Shown here in pieces: positions 15,416 through 25,176 of a stretch of 64,000 nucleotides of DNA. Source of the DNA: Phoronis australis (Eukaryota; Animalia; Phoronida); assembly GCA_002633005.1 (NCBI GenBank), contig NMRA01000013.1:1957751-2021750 (forward strand). The letters run 5' to 3'. How positions within the stretch are numbered: position 1 is the stretch's first letter; each line of letters begins with the position of its first letter. The notes beneath the pieces were generated by a model. It did not search any database, was not told where the DNA came from, and was given only the letters and a program-made list of their open reading frames with translations. The translations under genes were made by a program, and so were the position numbers.

Positions 15416-17314
15416 CGTGGCTAGATTTTTCCTACTTGCACTTGCTTCAGTTTGGTAGAAAAATAGAGAGAGTTGAGAAATATGAGCTTCTCAACCATGA
15501 AAATACTTCACCACTGTGATGTGTCTTTTCACTTAAGTTTATAAAAGTGCCCTTGGCTGTCAAACTATCAGTCAAAAAGAACTTAGTTGTGATTGATATC
15601 CTTTTTCAATAATTGGACACAAATTGTTCTTTACTTGGGTCAAAAGTTATCCTAGGACACAGGATAAAGTGAGTCATTTCTCCATTCCTGGCTCGGTACA
15701 TAAACTTTGATTTGCAAGGTCAAACCAATACTGAGCCTGATCTCTTGCAAAAACGAACTCTGATATTTCCTAATCAGATACCTAACATTGAAACAAATTT
15801 TATTACAAATTCGAAGTTAATGAAGTAAATTATTTTCATATATGGTAGGGGACTTTATAACCAGGCTTCATCGGTAAATCATTGGTGTTTTGAGACTATA
15901 AGGTGATTTTCCACTCAGTTGTTGATTTAATGTGAACAAGTTTTGTCTTCTCTGGTATTGCTCAGTTTAGTTTCATTTCTTGTTTTTGGTCACCAAGCTT
16001 CAAGTAGATCTTGATGTGTTATGTTTGTGAGTGTTCAAACTGATAGAAGAAATTTGCTTTTTACTCTAAACATTGGTTGTTGCAACAGTTACTATGGGGG
16101 TATTAGTCACGAGGTGTGAAATTGTGACAAATTTGTGTGTGTGTTTACATATCGAGCTATTTTTTGGGTTTATGGTAAACGTTTTTGTTAGGGTCACTAC
16201 AGACAGAAAGCTATGAGCTCAGCTGTCTGGCTCAAGTGAATGATTGCTGAGTTGACAGCAAGTATGACCAGTTCTTTCAGTTGTATTTTCTCACTCTGAC
16301 ACAAGGTGTCAGTTCAGCTATTGTTAACTTTTGGTAGACAGCTTGGCTCATTGCTCCCTGTCTTTGTTTTGGGTGGATTGCACGTCCTCGTTATTGTGCT
16401 CTGGAAAACTCATTTGGAATATGTGTCATCCATGACCATTTTAATATTTCACTTATTGAAGTGCAAGGTCTGTGTTATCAATACGCTATGATAATTGAAT
16501 GTTCATTTCATATTTGGCAGACTTGTAAACCATTTTTCTTTTATGCATATAGTTAGCATTTTCTGAATGCTTTTTTCTAAAGGGTAAATACAGATAGTAC
16601 ATGTATTTTGGAAAGCTTATTGTTAATATTGTCATGATTCTATGTGCACACCATTTAAGGCTGCTGTTGGGTTTGAGTTGTACAAGGTTAGTTCAAATTG
16701 ACGAATAGCGTGCCCCCATCATGTACAATCACATTTATGTGTTGTTTCACAAACTTATAAGTAAAAAACCTGTGTTCCGTTGAAAAAAATAGAAACTTAT
16801 ACCATTTACAACTATAAAATTGGTCTCAACTTCTTTTTATTCAAACGAAAAGTGATTCTTGGTATTACAAAGAACTTACAGTTCGTTACTCCTGAAGACC
16901 ATGCTTGTCACCTAGAATGACACACTGTAACATGTTGTCGTTTAGAGGCTGAGGCTCTAGCTCAGTATCCAGTGAAATCCTTGAATGTTTCGGGCACGTT
17001 TGTTGAAAACCAGCTTCATTTCTGTTCATGGATGGAAATGAAAGAGAACTTGGCAAAACCTTGTTCATTTCAAAAGAAGAGGTATTTTGCCTCTCTGGAA
17101 TTCACATTTTTGATATTCAATTGTAAATATGAATGTTGAAACATTAGTCGTTAGAATTTGAAAAAAAATGGCTTTTTATTTCAAAGTTTTTGATTTTGCT
17201 TCCAAAAATCCCATACTTAATTTCTTCACAAGTGACAGGGCCTGGACTAAAGATAAGGAAGTGTTTTGTTTTTGTGATGTTATTGATAGTCATATGTAAT
17301 GAAATTTATATTGA

Positions 17315-17320
17315 AATAAA
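17315..17320 (+). terminator. Candidate polyadenylation signal of the RING E3 gene (alternative AATAAA at 14041-14046)
   Basis: AATAAA followed by TG/T-rich sequence at the end of a ~3.5 kb T-rich stretch; strand skew flips to A/C-rich shortly afterwards. Confidence 0.4.
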
Positions 17321-17830
17321 TGTGTTGTAAAATTTTAATGCATTGATTATTTCTCAGTGCTTCATGAAGACACTCCATTAGGTAGATTACTGTGATAAAA
17401 AATTAATACTGTAAGTTCTTAAATAATATCACAGAATGTGGAATTACCGGTATAATTGGTCGAACTACAACCATGACTTGTGCAAACCATTTTAATATAG
17501 ACCTAATTTTCCTAAATTTCAGTTTTGTTTAGAAATTTTGCCAAAAAATTCTATTTGCTGTATTACAGTGAAGGTTTTCTACCCGAACCAGTTTGAGTTC
17601 CAGTTCGAGTGCCGTGGGCATTAACCCGTACGAGTACAGCATGTACCTTAATGTTGGACCTATTTGCACCCATCTCTGTATACTGGTTTGTCACTTGGGT
17701 CACTGATTTCTCGAAACATTTTCATTTACCGTCATTCGGCTCAGATTCAGAGAAAAAAGTTCCTTCTAGTACAACAAAAATATCTTCGGTTCAAATTCTG
17801 GCAGTGACTAATGACTGACCAGCATTTGTC

Positions 17831-17876
17831 TCTGACCTGATGATGGTTGAGAAATGCTCAATCGAAACGTGCAGCA
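17831..17876 (+). ncRNA. Degenerate type I hammerhead ribozyme motif, probably from a Penelope-like element remnant
   Basis: CTGATGA (17837-17843), stem II GGTTGAG/CTCAATC, then GAAAC (17864-17868); stems I and III are imperfect. Confidence 0.4.
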
Positions 17877-19329
17877 TATTGTATTGAGGTTTGTGCAAAT
17901 AATAATAATACCAAACTGAATTACATATAAATTTTTAGTGATCATAAACATCTTCTGCACACAACTTATAAAGTAACCCACACACACAATAAACTACCCA
18001 AATTATGCACGGAATGTTTATTTTCCAACATATAAATCAAAAATGACGGAGTACAAAAATAATTAACATCAAATGATGCGTACAATGAAAAGCTGGACTA
18101 ATTCACAAGAAGGAGCTAATGAAACAACAGTAACAACTGTATTAGAGCATAGTTACATGCAAGTGGTCGCCTGCCACCACTGCTGCCCCCTGCTGTTACT
18201 GTGGGTCCTAAATGACTGCACTTGATTGACTTGTATCTCCGGATCACCTGGCTAAGTTATCTGATTGGTTTCCATGACAACTTCTGGCTTACAGACCAAT
18301 AAGATGCTTTATTAAGCTCTTGACCCAGCGGAGCTGACAAAAACGGTTGGTTCTGATCTAAGCATTTTTTGAAAACTGACATGATGGCACAGTAATTTTT
18401 AGGGTTCCTGATTTTCAAAAAGCCAAAATGAGTTGAGATCTCTTTTTACTGGTGCCACCTGATGCCACATAGACCAGGATCCTTTTGAGGTAAAAAAATG
18501 CCAGGTCATTATCCTGGAATACCGAGCAAATTCTTTCACAAAAACTAGCTTAGATACTCAAGTGTAGCTTTTGAAAGAAAAAGATGAGCTTTGCAAAGAG
18601 GACGCTGGCAGGCTTTTTTCGTTAACAGCAGTTTTCAAAGAGTAGAGCACAGACCAGACCAAAAAGAAGCTATTGGCCTCTAGTGCCATCTATTGTAGTA
18701 AATGTGAAGTCGTCCACTGAAATCACTAACATGACACGAAACTGACTGGCTAGCTGTCTCTGAACTCCAAATACTTCAAGTAACAGTAAAATCTCACCAA
18801 TTTCAGAGAAAATAATTACGCTTCTTACGTAATCACATACAACTACAACAACTGAGAACTACTATTTTACTTGTGTAACAATTGTGTCCAAAATTGGTGA
18901 GAATCTACAACCAACAAGTATTCACAAAATAAACAATTATTGTGATTAGACTTAAGAAACAGGCCAATACCTAGAAAATTAGTTTTGACTGAATAAGCCA
19001 ATTCCACAAAAATCATGTACACATAAAATTTCAATCACATAAAATTTCAATCATCCAACAAATTTAAACAAAAAGTGTCCACTGAAATGTACCCCATGAA
19101 ATGTAATAAAATTGACCAATCTTTCCCTGAAAATTCTATGAAATATCGTACTATTAACAAATCTGCAGTGACTGATCATGCTCTTGGTTTTTAGACATGT
19201 AATCAACAGGAATGATGCTCGTCCTGTTGAGTCTCAAAGTTCTAAGATTAACTGGTTGTGGAAAAAGAAACCAAAAGTCACTTTTAGACAAGGCACCACG
19301 TGGGGGGATCCCAGTGGTTAAACTACTCT

Positions 19330-19390
19330 GATTGGTCCTTATAATGAGGATCTTCTCTATATATAGGGTAGAAGACTCTAGTTTATACAA
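19330..19390 (+). promoter_or_regulatory. Viral left promoter P1 (putative)
   Basis: E-box CACGTG at 19297-19302, inverted CCAAT (ATTGG 19331-19335), TATATATA at 19358-19365; splice donor AG|GTAAGA at 19492 downstream. Confidence 0.5.
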
Positions 19391-19483
19391 CGCAACAGAT
19401 AAGTGAGGGCAAGGATTTCAAAATCAACGCGAAGTAAAGATTAAATAAGAATAACCGATACTTGTTGCTATCGCAACCGCGGA

Positions 19484-19518
19484 TATATAAGGTAAGACAT
19501 ATAAAATATTATTCAGTT
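19484..19518 (+). promoter_or_regulatory. Viral promoter P2 for the PLA2 ORF (putative)
   Basis: TATATAA at 19484-19490 with consensus initiator TCAGTT at 19513-19518 (A is 31 nt from the TATA start); ATG at 19523. Confidence 0.55.
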
Positions 19519-19522
19519 GACT

Positions 19523-20113
19523 ATGCCTCACATACCAGGACACAACTATATAGGACCTGGCACTGATTTAAGTAAGCAGTTACCTGCTGTAGATAGAGAC
19601 GACGAGATTGCTAGTACACACGATCATTTGTATAACAGTGCAACAAGTGAGGAGAAGGTGAGAAACGCTGATGTACGAGCGATAGGTGAGTTTACTAGTG
19701 ACTTCTTAAATACTGGAAATGCACACAGTGCTGTTGGAGCATTAGGTATTGGCGCAAAATATATCGTTGAAAGTTTTACAGGAGTGAAATATCCTCAAAT
19801 GTCAAAGAAAAAAGAACGTGATTTTGCTTCAAAAAAACTAGACTGGATTCAACAAGCAAAAGAATATGAAAAAAGAGGACAATATTACGGACTAAGACCA
19901 TCAGGCAATTATTGGCCTAACGGAAATCCAGTAACAAATCCTCAGGAAAGGATTGCAATTCAGACAAGAGCGGAAGAAAATAGACGTCGAGGACGATCTG
20001 GTCAGCCATTATTACCAATGCTTCAACAACCTGGAAAACCAAATTGGGATCCTCAAAATTGTGAAGAAATACTTGGTAAGTATATTTTTTCTATATTTAT
20101 AGATGGAGTCTAA
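19523..20113 (+). CDS. Parvoviral phospholipase A2 (VP1u-type) ORF
   Basis: Ca-binding loop PGHNYIGPG, catalytic helix DDEIASTHDHLY, AD motif, and densovirus-type continuation TGNAHSAVGALGIGAK..E..GVKYP, followed by basic KKKER. Intact; strong donor G|GTAAGT at 20076. Confidence 0.92.
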   Translation: MPHIPGHNYIGPGTDLSKQLPAVDRDDEIASTHDHLYNSATSEEKVRNADVRAIGEFTSDFLNTGNAHSAVGALGIGAKYIVESFTGVKYPQMSKKKERDFASKKLDWIQQAKEYEKRGQYYGLRPSGNYWPNGNPVTNPQERIAIQTRAEENRRRGRSGQPLLPMLQQPGKPNWDPQNCEEILGKYIFSIFIDGV

Positions 20114-20666
20114 AGTAATCGATCTAACTGCTCGTGAGGACAGTGACCAATACTTTGTGGTTCTTTCAAAGGAACACCTGTCTATCCAAAGAGATTTAGA
20201 CGAATTTTATGGAAACAACGGACAAGACCAAGAATGTCCTCAGAAACTGGACATATCAGCGACAGCTGCGAACGACATGGCGGAAACAATACAACTAATG
20301 ATGACGTGGGCATCTTGGCCAAACGTAGTACACGTGACGGAGATCGAAACGGGGATCAGCAGCGTCAATCTGAAAACAATACAAATACACAACAAGATGG
20401 CAGTGCAGGACACCACAATGAGACCAATGATGGAACACTGGCTGGAAATGATTCCGACATCGAAATGGTACAGGCAGCGGAGGCTTTTGACACCGGGAGA
20501 AATATCGAAAACAATGCAAGTCCTAGCCAGGAACGAAAGACTACTGGACAATCGTATATTGAAGAAGACAGATCCGAACAAGAGACGACAAAGTTCTTCT
20601 TCGGTGGAGGACACTCAACGCGACCACAAACGTACCAAACAGAACAATACAACGCAGAACAAGTAG
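20103..20666 (+). CDS. Viral accessory ORF overlapping the NS1 5' end (positionally p15/NS3-like), 187 aa
   Basis: ATG directly follows a pyrimidine-rich acceptor TTTTTTCTATATTTATAG (20102). The ORF is open and sits where chaphamaparvoviruses have p15. No sequence motif recognised. Confidence 0.65.
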   Translation: MESKVIDLTAREDSDQYFVVLSKEHLSIQRDLDEFYGNNGQDQECPQKLDISATAANDMAETIQLMMTWASWPNVVHVTEIETGISSVNLKTIQIHNKMAVQDTTMRPMMEHWLEMIPTSKWYRQRRLLTPGEISKTMQVLARNERLLDNRILKKTDPNKRRQSSSSVEDTQRDHKRTKQNNTTQNK

Positions 20667-22690
20667 AAACTGTAATGCGTACACACTGTATTGATCAATG
20701 GAAATCACTTGTAATTGCATTTGAGGATAAACATGAAAATTGTGACAGAGATATATTAGACGTAGTTAAGGAGATAGGAGCCTTAAAATACAAATCAGTC
20801 GTCGTTAAAGAAATTAGTCAACACGACGTAGTACACTTTCATATTATGATAAATTCATTTCAGCGTATTGACAATTTAAAACGTCAAATATCACAACATG
20901 TTTGGTCGAATGGTTCTCACAACTACATCATGAAATATATCAAAGCAGAATCTGTCAGAAATTTCACCTCATTATTCAAATATATATGCAAAGATATTCA
21001 TCAAATGTATAGTACTAACAACGATTTACTTGACTGTGCAGCCTAGTTTCAAACACCTGAAACAAACAAATTCATGACAAAACCTCAAAAGAAATCACCA
21101 AAAGAAATCATCAAAGATGAAGTCATTGAAAAAATGACCTCAACTGGTGTATATAATTTTGAGGACTTATGTCGTATAGATCAACAGTGGATGAGATATA
21201 GACTGCACATTCATGGTTTTCAAACACTGATTGACAATTGTCGTAGATTTGTACCCACTGTTAAGTCTAGTGAAGACGATCTATTGAGTAGATTTAAACA
21301 TGTTGCACCATCTACAACTTGAGCTGATAATATCCTCAGATATCAAGGTTATGACAAAGCGCAACGAATGCATATTTACAAAAATCTTGCTAAAATTCTA
21401 TCATTTGCAAATGGCAAAGTCAATACAATTTGGTTAAACGGTCCTGCAAACACTGGCAAAAGTTGGTTCGCTAGAGGTATAACAAAATGCTGGGGCTCAG
21501 ATGTAGGTGAAGTATTACCAGAAACTCCTCAATTTATGTGGGGACCATTGGTAGGCAAAAAAGTTGCACTTTTGGAAGAAATATATTTCAACACAGAATC
21601 TACTGAAAGAGCCAAAGTTATCCTAGAAGGTCAACCATGCAAAGTGAATGTAAAAGGAAAACAATGCGAGGACATTAGAGGTATGCCTGTAATTATAACC
21701 AGCAATCATAACCTATGGAGATGGGCAGACGGAGCAGAACAACCAATAATGGCAAGAGTATTCAAAATTATGTTCACTAAACAACATGTTGAAACTTCCA
21801 GACGAAGTAACACCTGTGAGCCATCGGGAAATGTTAGTCCGGGAGACTCCTTCAGCCAGACAACGACTAATTCCACTAACAAGAGGACAAAGACACCAAG
21901 CAGAAGCGGCAGCAACAGCTCGAGATATGGTGATAGAGATAGCACCAAACGTAGGCGATGTGAGGATGGACATGGTAAGAAACGTAGATTCAATGTTGAC
22001 AAGCTCAAGGACTCTCGCAAAGATGTCGGAAATGTTGACATTAGAGGATTCTACTCCATTAGAGGAGAACACTTGTACGGGACAAGTGGGACAAGACACA
22101 CACAGTACAGAATTGGCCCGGACGAATGCGATGAACGATGCTCAAGCGGCACCTCAACCGCAGTTGACGGGACCAGAAACACCGTGGAAAAACACGGATC
22201 CGGCACTACCGTCTCTACAAGAGAAATCATCAGCAACACAACTCAGATGCAACCTGGGCGACCAAGAAATGACACCTCAACAACGTCCGGAACCTTCCGC
22301 CTTACACCTAGCACACAACTTTCACGAACAAATATCCTCAATATCTGGGCTGAACGAGGAAGAGATATTACAATGGATAGAAGATGTACAGATGATGTGA
22401 ACAGCGGAAGGAGGAGATCAAACGGGGGAACCTCCGACAAAGAAACGAAAACAACTACAAGCTCTGCCGCTAGCAGTGGAAGATCTGCTAGTATCTGCAT
22501 CAACAGTAATGCTATTTCACAAGAGTCTGAAAGGAAAAATGACACTTGCGTCGAAGAAGTGCACAAGAGCACAACGTCGAGTACTGGACATGGTTCACGA
22601 TCACGTCGCATCATTGCTAAAGGACGAGAAACACTTGGGAGTGTAGAAAGCTTTCTGAGTGCATTATATCATATACATTCGCGCGAGTAG
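20234..22690 (+). pseudogene. NS1: Parvoviral NS1/Rep (818 codons) interrupted by two in-frame stops
   Basis: ORF-track pieces 20234-21046, 21074-21322 and 21368-22690 are in one frame, with stops TAG 21044-21046 and TGA 21320-21322. HUH motif VHFHIMI, YxxK motif KYICK, Walker A GPANTGKS, Walker B ALLEE, B' KVILEGQPCKVNVKGK, motif C PVIITSN. Confidence 0.93.
21786..22646 (+). pseudogene. NP/NS2-like ORF overlapping the NS1 C-terminus in another frame, with one probable premature stop
   Basis: 204 aa open to TGA 22398-22400. The same frame then stays open for 81 more codons (includes NLS-like PPTKKRK) to TAG 22644-22646. Position matches the chaphamaparvovirus NP ORF. Confidence 0.7.
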
Positions 22691-22705
22691 GAGGACGAAA
22701 CCAAG

Positions 22706-24283
22706 ATGCCGACACAGATATTTAAACATTCAAGATCTGTATATCTGAAAGAACGGGAAAAACCTTATAACAAACAAGCATTCAACGCAGACTGTTACTG
22801 GAGTTATATTCCAAATCAATCACCAGCACTATTCAAAAATTTTGGTGAGCTATTTGCAACAATCAAATCTGCAAGAAGATGGAGAATCCTCAGTATAAAA
22901 GGAACATTGTCTAACATGGTACCACTGCAACAGAAACTAACAATTGGAGGACAAGAAACCATGAACTTGTTCAACAACGCGTACTACTTGATGTGCTATT
23001 CAGATGACCTCAAAGAATGGGTACACTGTAAGTACGATAAAACAAGAGACCTGTACAGCAATGGATGGCAACCTGGTTTTTTCACAGATGGATGCACGTA
23101 CGATCAAAACGGAACAAATGTTAAGAGACTGCTGTTTCCAACAATGCCAAAATATATTCCTCCACCAGGTTTTTTCGAACTAACGAAATACATGAGACCA
23201 GATCCTCTAAGACATCCAGAGAGAATAGGAGAACTAAGACCAGGTAAAAACTCCTATACATTTTCTTTCAAATGGGACCACAGCAAAACACCTGGTGAAG
23301 GATGGGTAGACATGTACTGCAGAGCAAACGTATGGTCAAACAGAGGACAAATAGCAGGAGAAAACATATCGATAACTTACGACGATCCAAATCTATACAG
23401 AATACCAGAATGTTTTGAACCTAAAACTCAGGCGCTATCAGACGACAGAAACTATACAAATGAAACAGATACAAACGAATTGGAATGGCAACAAAGCATG
23501 AAATGGCAATCGAAATCTTTCACCAAACTAGTATTCGGAGCGAACTCAGGCGTTATATGGGCACAAGCAGAAAAACACCAACAACCAAAACAGTTGGCAA
23601 AAGCAAAACAAAATTACGAGTGGCTTAAAGCACGAAAATACGGCGACAGAAATCACCAAGCTGAAGCATTTGCCTATGGAGGAATCGGAAGTTATGAGCC
23701 TCCAGACACATGGATGATATCATTTCCACTACTTCTAGACGGAGACAACGCATCGATCAAATTATCAGCGCAAGCATTCTATCAATCAGAATGCGTAATC
23801 GAATGGGAACCACTGTCACATGACAAACATACAAACTTATATCCAATAAACAGTCAACTCCTATGGTCAGCATTCGAACACAAAATCCGACGATACACCA
23901 ATACAGGAGATGCAGCATTGTTAAACTGCGTCGACTTCATGCCAATGAACAGAAACATACAGATCAACTCAGCGGCTATTCCAGGACACAATCCAGCAAC
24001 ACATGAAGGCGTCAATATAAATTACGAAACACGATACTTAGAAGTACCACAATACGACAGTGTCGGAGGACATATCGGCGTAGCAAACACAACATTAGGT
24101 ACTAGTAAGTGGATACATGATAACAAAGCTAATACAATTTCTTCTAATAAACGAAGACTGTCTACTAAGGACGTATTCACTGAACAGAAACCAGAAGCTA
24201 AAAAATGCAACAACAGCGATTCAGATCACGATGGTTCAGACTGCACGAGCGACGACCAGGGCAGCGAACATGGAGACCACTAG
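22706..24283 (+). CDS. VP: Major capsid protein, chaphamaparvovirus-like, 525 aa, intact
   Basis: Motifs WSYIPN, SNMVPLQQKLTIGGQETMNLFNN.YYLM.YSDDL, DPLRHPERIGELRPGKNSYTFS, P.TWMISFPLLLD match chaphamaparvovirus VP signatures (WHIIPN, NP.P.T.QLAIQG...FTAFNN..Y...Y.D.L, WDPL..P..I.ELRPGKNA..F). No N-terminal PLA2 and no Gly-rich stretch. Confidence 0.9.
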   Translation: MPTQIFKHSRSVYLKEREKPYNKQAFNADCYWSYIPNQSPALFKNFGELFATIKSARRWRILSIKGTLSNMVPLQQKLTIGGQETMNLFNNAYYLMCYSDDLKEWVHCKYDKTRDLYSNGWQPGFFTDGCTYDQNGTNVKRLLFPTMPKYIPPPGFFELTKYMRPDPLRHPERIGELRPGKNSYTFSFKWDHSKTPGEGWVDMYCRANVWSNRGQIAGENISITYDDPNLYRIPECFEPKTQALSDDRNYTNETDTNELEWQQSMKWQSKSFTKLVFGANSGVIWAQAEKHQQPKQLAKAKQNYEWLKARKYGDRNHQAEAFAYGGIGSYEPPDTWMISFPLLLDGDNASIKLSAQAFYQSECVIEWEPLSHDKHTNLYPINSQLLWSAFEHKIRRYTNTGDAALLNCVDFMPMNRNIQINSAAIPGHNPATHEGVNINYETRYLEVPQYDSVGGHIGVANTTLGTSKWIHDNKANTISSNKRRLSTKDVFTEQKPEAKKCNNSDSDHDGSDCTSDDQGSEHGDH

Positions 24284-24957
24284 TACTATTTGACGGAATC
24301 GCCAGAAGTGAACTCAACACTGAGTACCGACGCAAACGATGGAACCAATTAAAAGACTTTGTTAATAACACTATTGTACCTAGATATGGCAATAACGAAG
24401 AATACACTGCCTTCATTGTGCATGATTTTTGGAAAGAACAAAAAAATGCAATTGAGGATATTGTCAACCAAACTTGTAATCCAGATATATATAGACGAGT
24501 ATTGATATACGTATCAGATATGATATACTATGAACACGGTTCAATGTGGAACTATTATATGTTCAACATATTTTATGAGGACATTGAAAATTTCTTACAA
24601 CATGTAACTAAAGAAATTAGACACGATGTAGCTACAATATTTAGAACATTAACAAAGTGTGAAGCTGTATTTATAGATGAAGACTTACCAATACATGTAA
24701 TTGATGAAATGATAGATGATATTATATGGAATAATTCTGTAACTTTACTCAGTAGATTGAAACAGAGATTGAGGAACAAATATAATTACCACTCAAGAAA
24801 CTTTGGGGTGCGAATGATCAAAATCGTACGCAATTGGTCCCTTCGTGACTGTTTCTATCATAGAAGAACAGGACGTCGATTACATGATGATGCTGTAGTA
24901 GATAGATACTTTGAACTAGATGAGGACATTTACAGACATATTAACCGGAGAGTTTAA
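24205..24957 (+). CDS. Orphan viral ORF downstream of the capsid, 250 aa
   Basis: Intact 753-nt ORF overlapping the VP end by 79 nt and ending 44 nt before AATAAA. Viral-like base composition; Arg-rich termini. Confidence 0.7.
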   Translation: MQQQRFRSRWFRLHERRPGQRTWRPLVLFDGIARSELNTEYRRKRWNQLKDFVNNTIVPRYGNNEEYTAFIVHDFWKEQKNAIEDIVNQTCNPDIYRRVLIYVSDMIYYEHGSMWNYYMFNIFYEDIENFLQHVTKEIRHDVATIFRTLTKCEAVFIDEDLPIHVIDEMIDDIIWNNSVTLLSRLKQRLRNKYNYHSRNFGVRMIKIVRNWSLRDCFYHRRTGRRLHDDAVVDRYFELDEDIYRHINRRV

Positions 24958-25001
24958 TAGTTTATCTTTGTAACTGTATGAATTGTACTTGTATGGATTC
25001 T

Positions 25002-25007
25002 AATAAA
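25002..25007 (+). terminator. Viral polyadenylation signal
   Basis: AATAAA after the last viral ORF, preceded by repeated TGTA elements. Confidence 0.7.
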
Positions 25008-25176
25008 AATTGTCCTCACTCTAACTGGCCTTGTATATACATGAGTCTTCCACACTAATTAATTATATGACGTCAAAATGACATCACAAGTCACATGATC
25101 CATGTGTTTCTTTAATCGGGCTCCCGTGGCGCCATCTAGCGGTTCTACGTCATGTATATATTCCGTCTATATTATC

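Noticed and set aside
19273-19385. Y-shaped left terminal hairpin
   Set aside because: Only short 4-7 bp stems in AT-rich promoter sequence; not convincing as a telomere.
19492-19516. 25-nt GT..AG mini-intron before the PLA2 ATG (and 27-nt one at 20076-20102)
   Set aside because: Too short for normal spliceosomal introns; better explained as separate donors and acceptors plus an initiator.
20076-22706. Direct PLA2-to-VP splice making a classical VP1
   Set aside because: The donor is phase 1 while the AGs before the VP ATG are phase 0. In-frame AGs further inside VP are weak and would remove its N-terminal strand.
20240-24779. Minus-strand ORFs within the virus suggesting ambisense coding
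   Set aside because: Short, motif-free shadows of the overlapping plus-strand ORFs.
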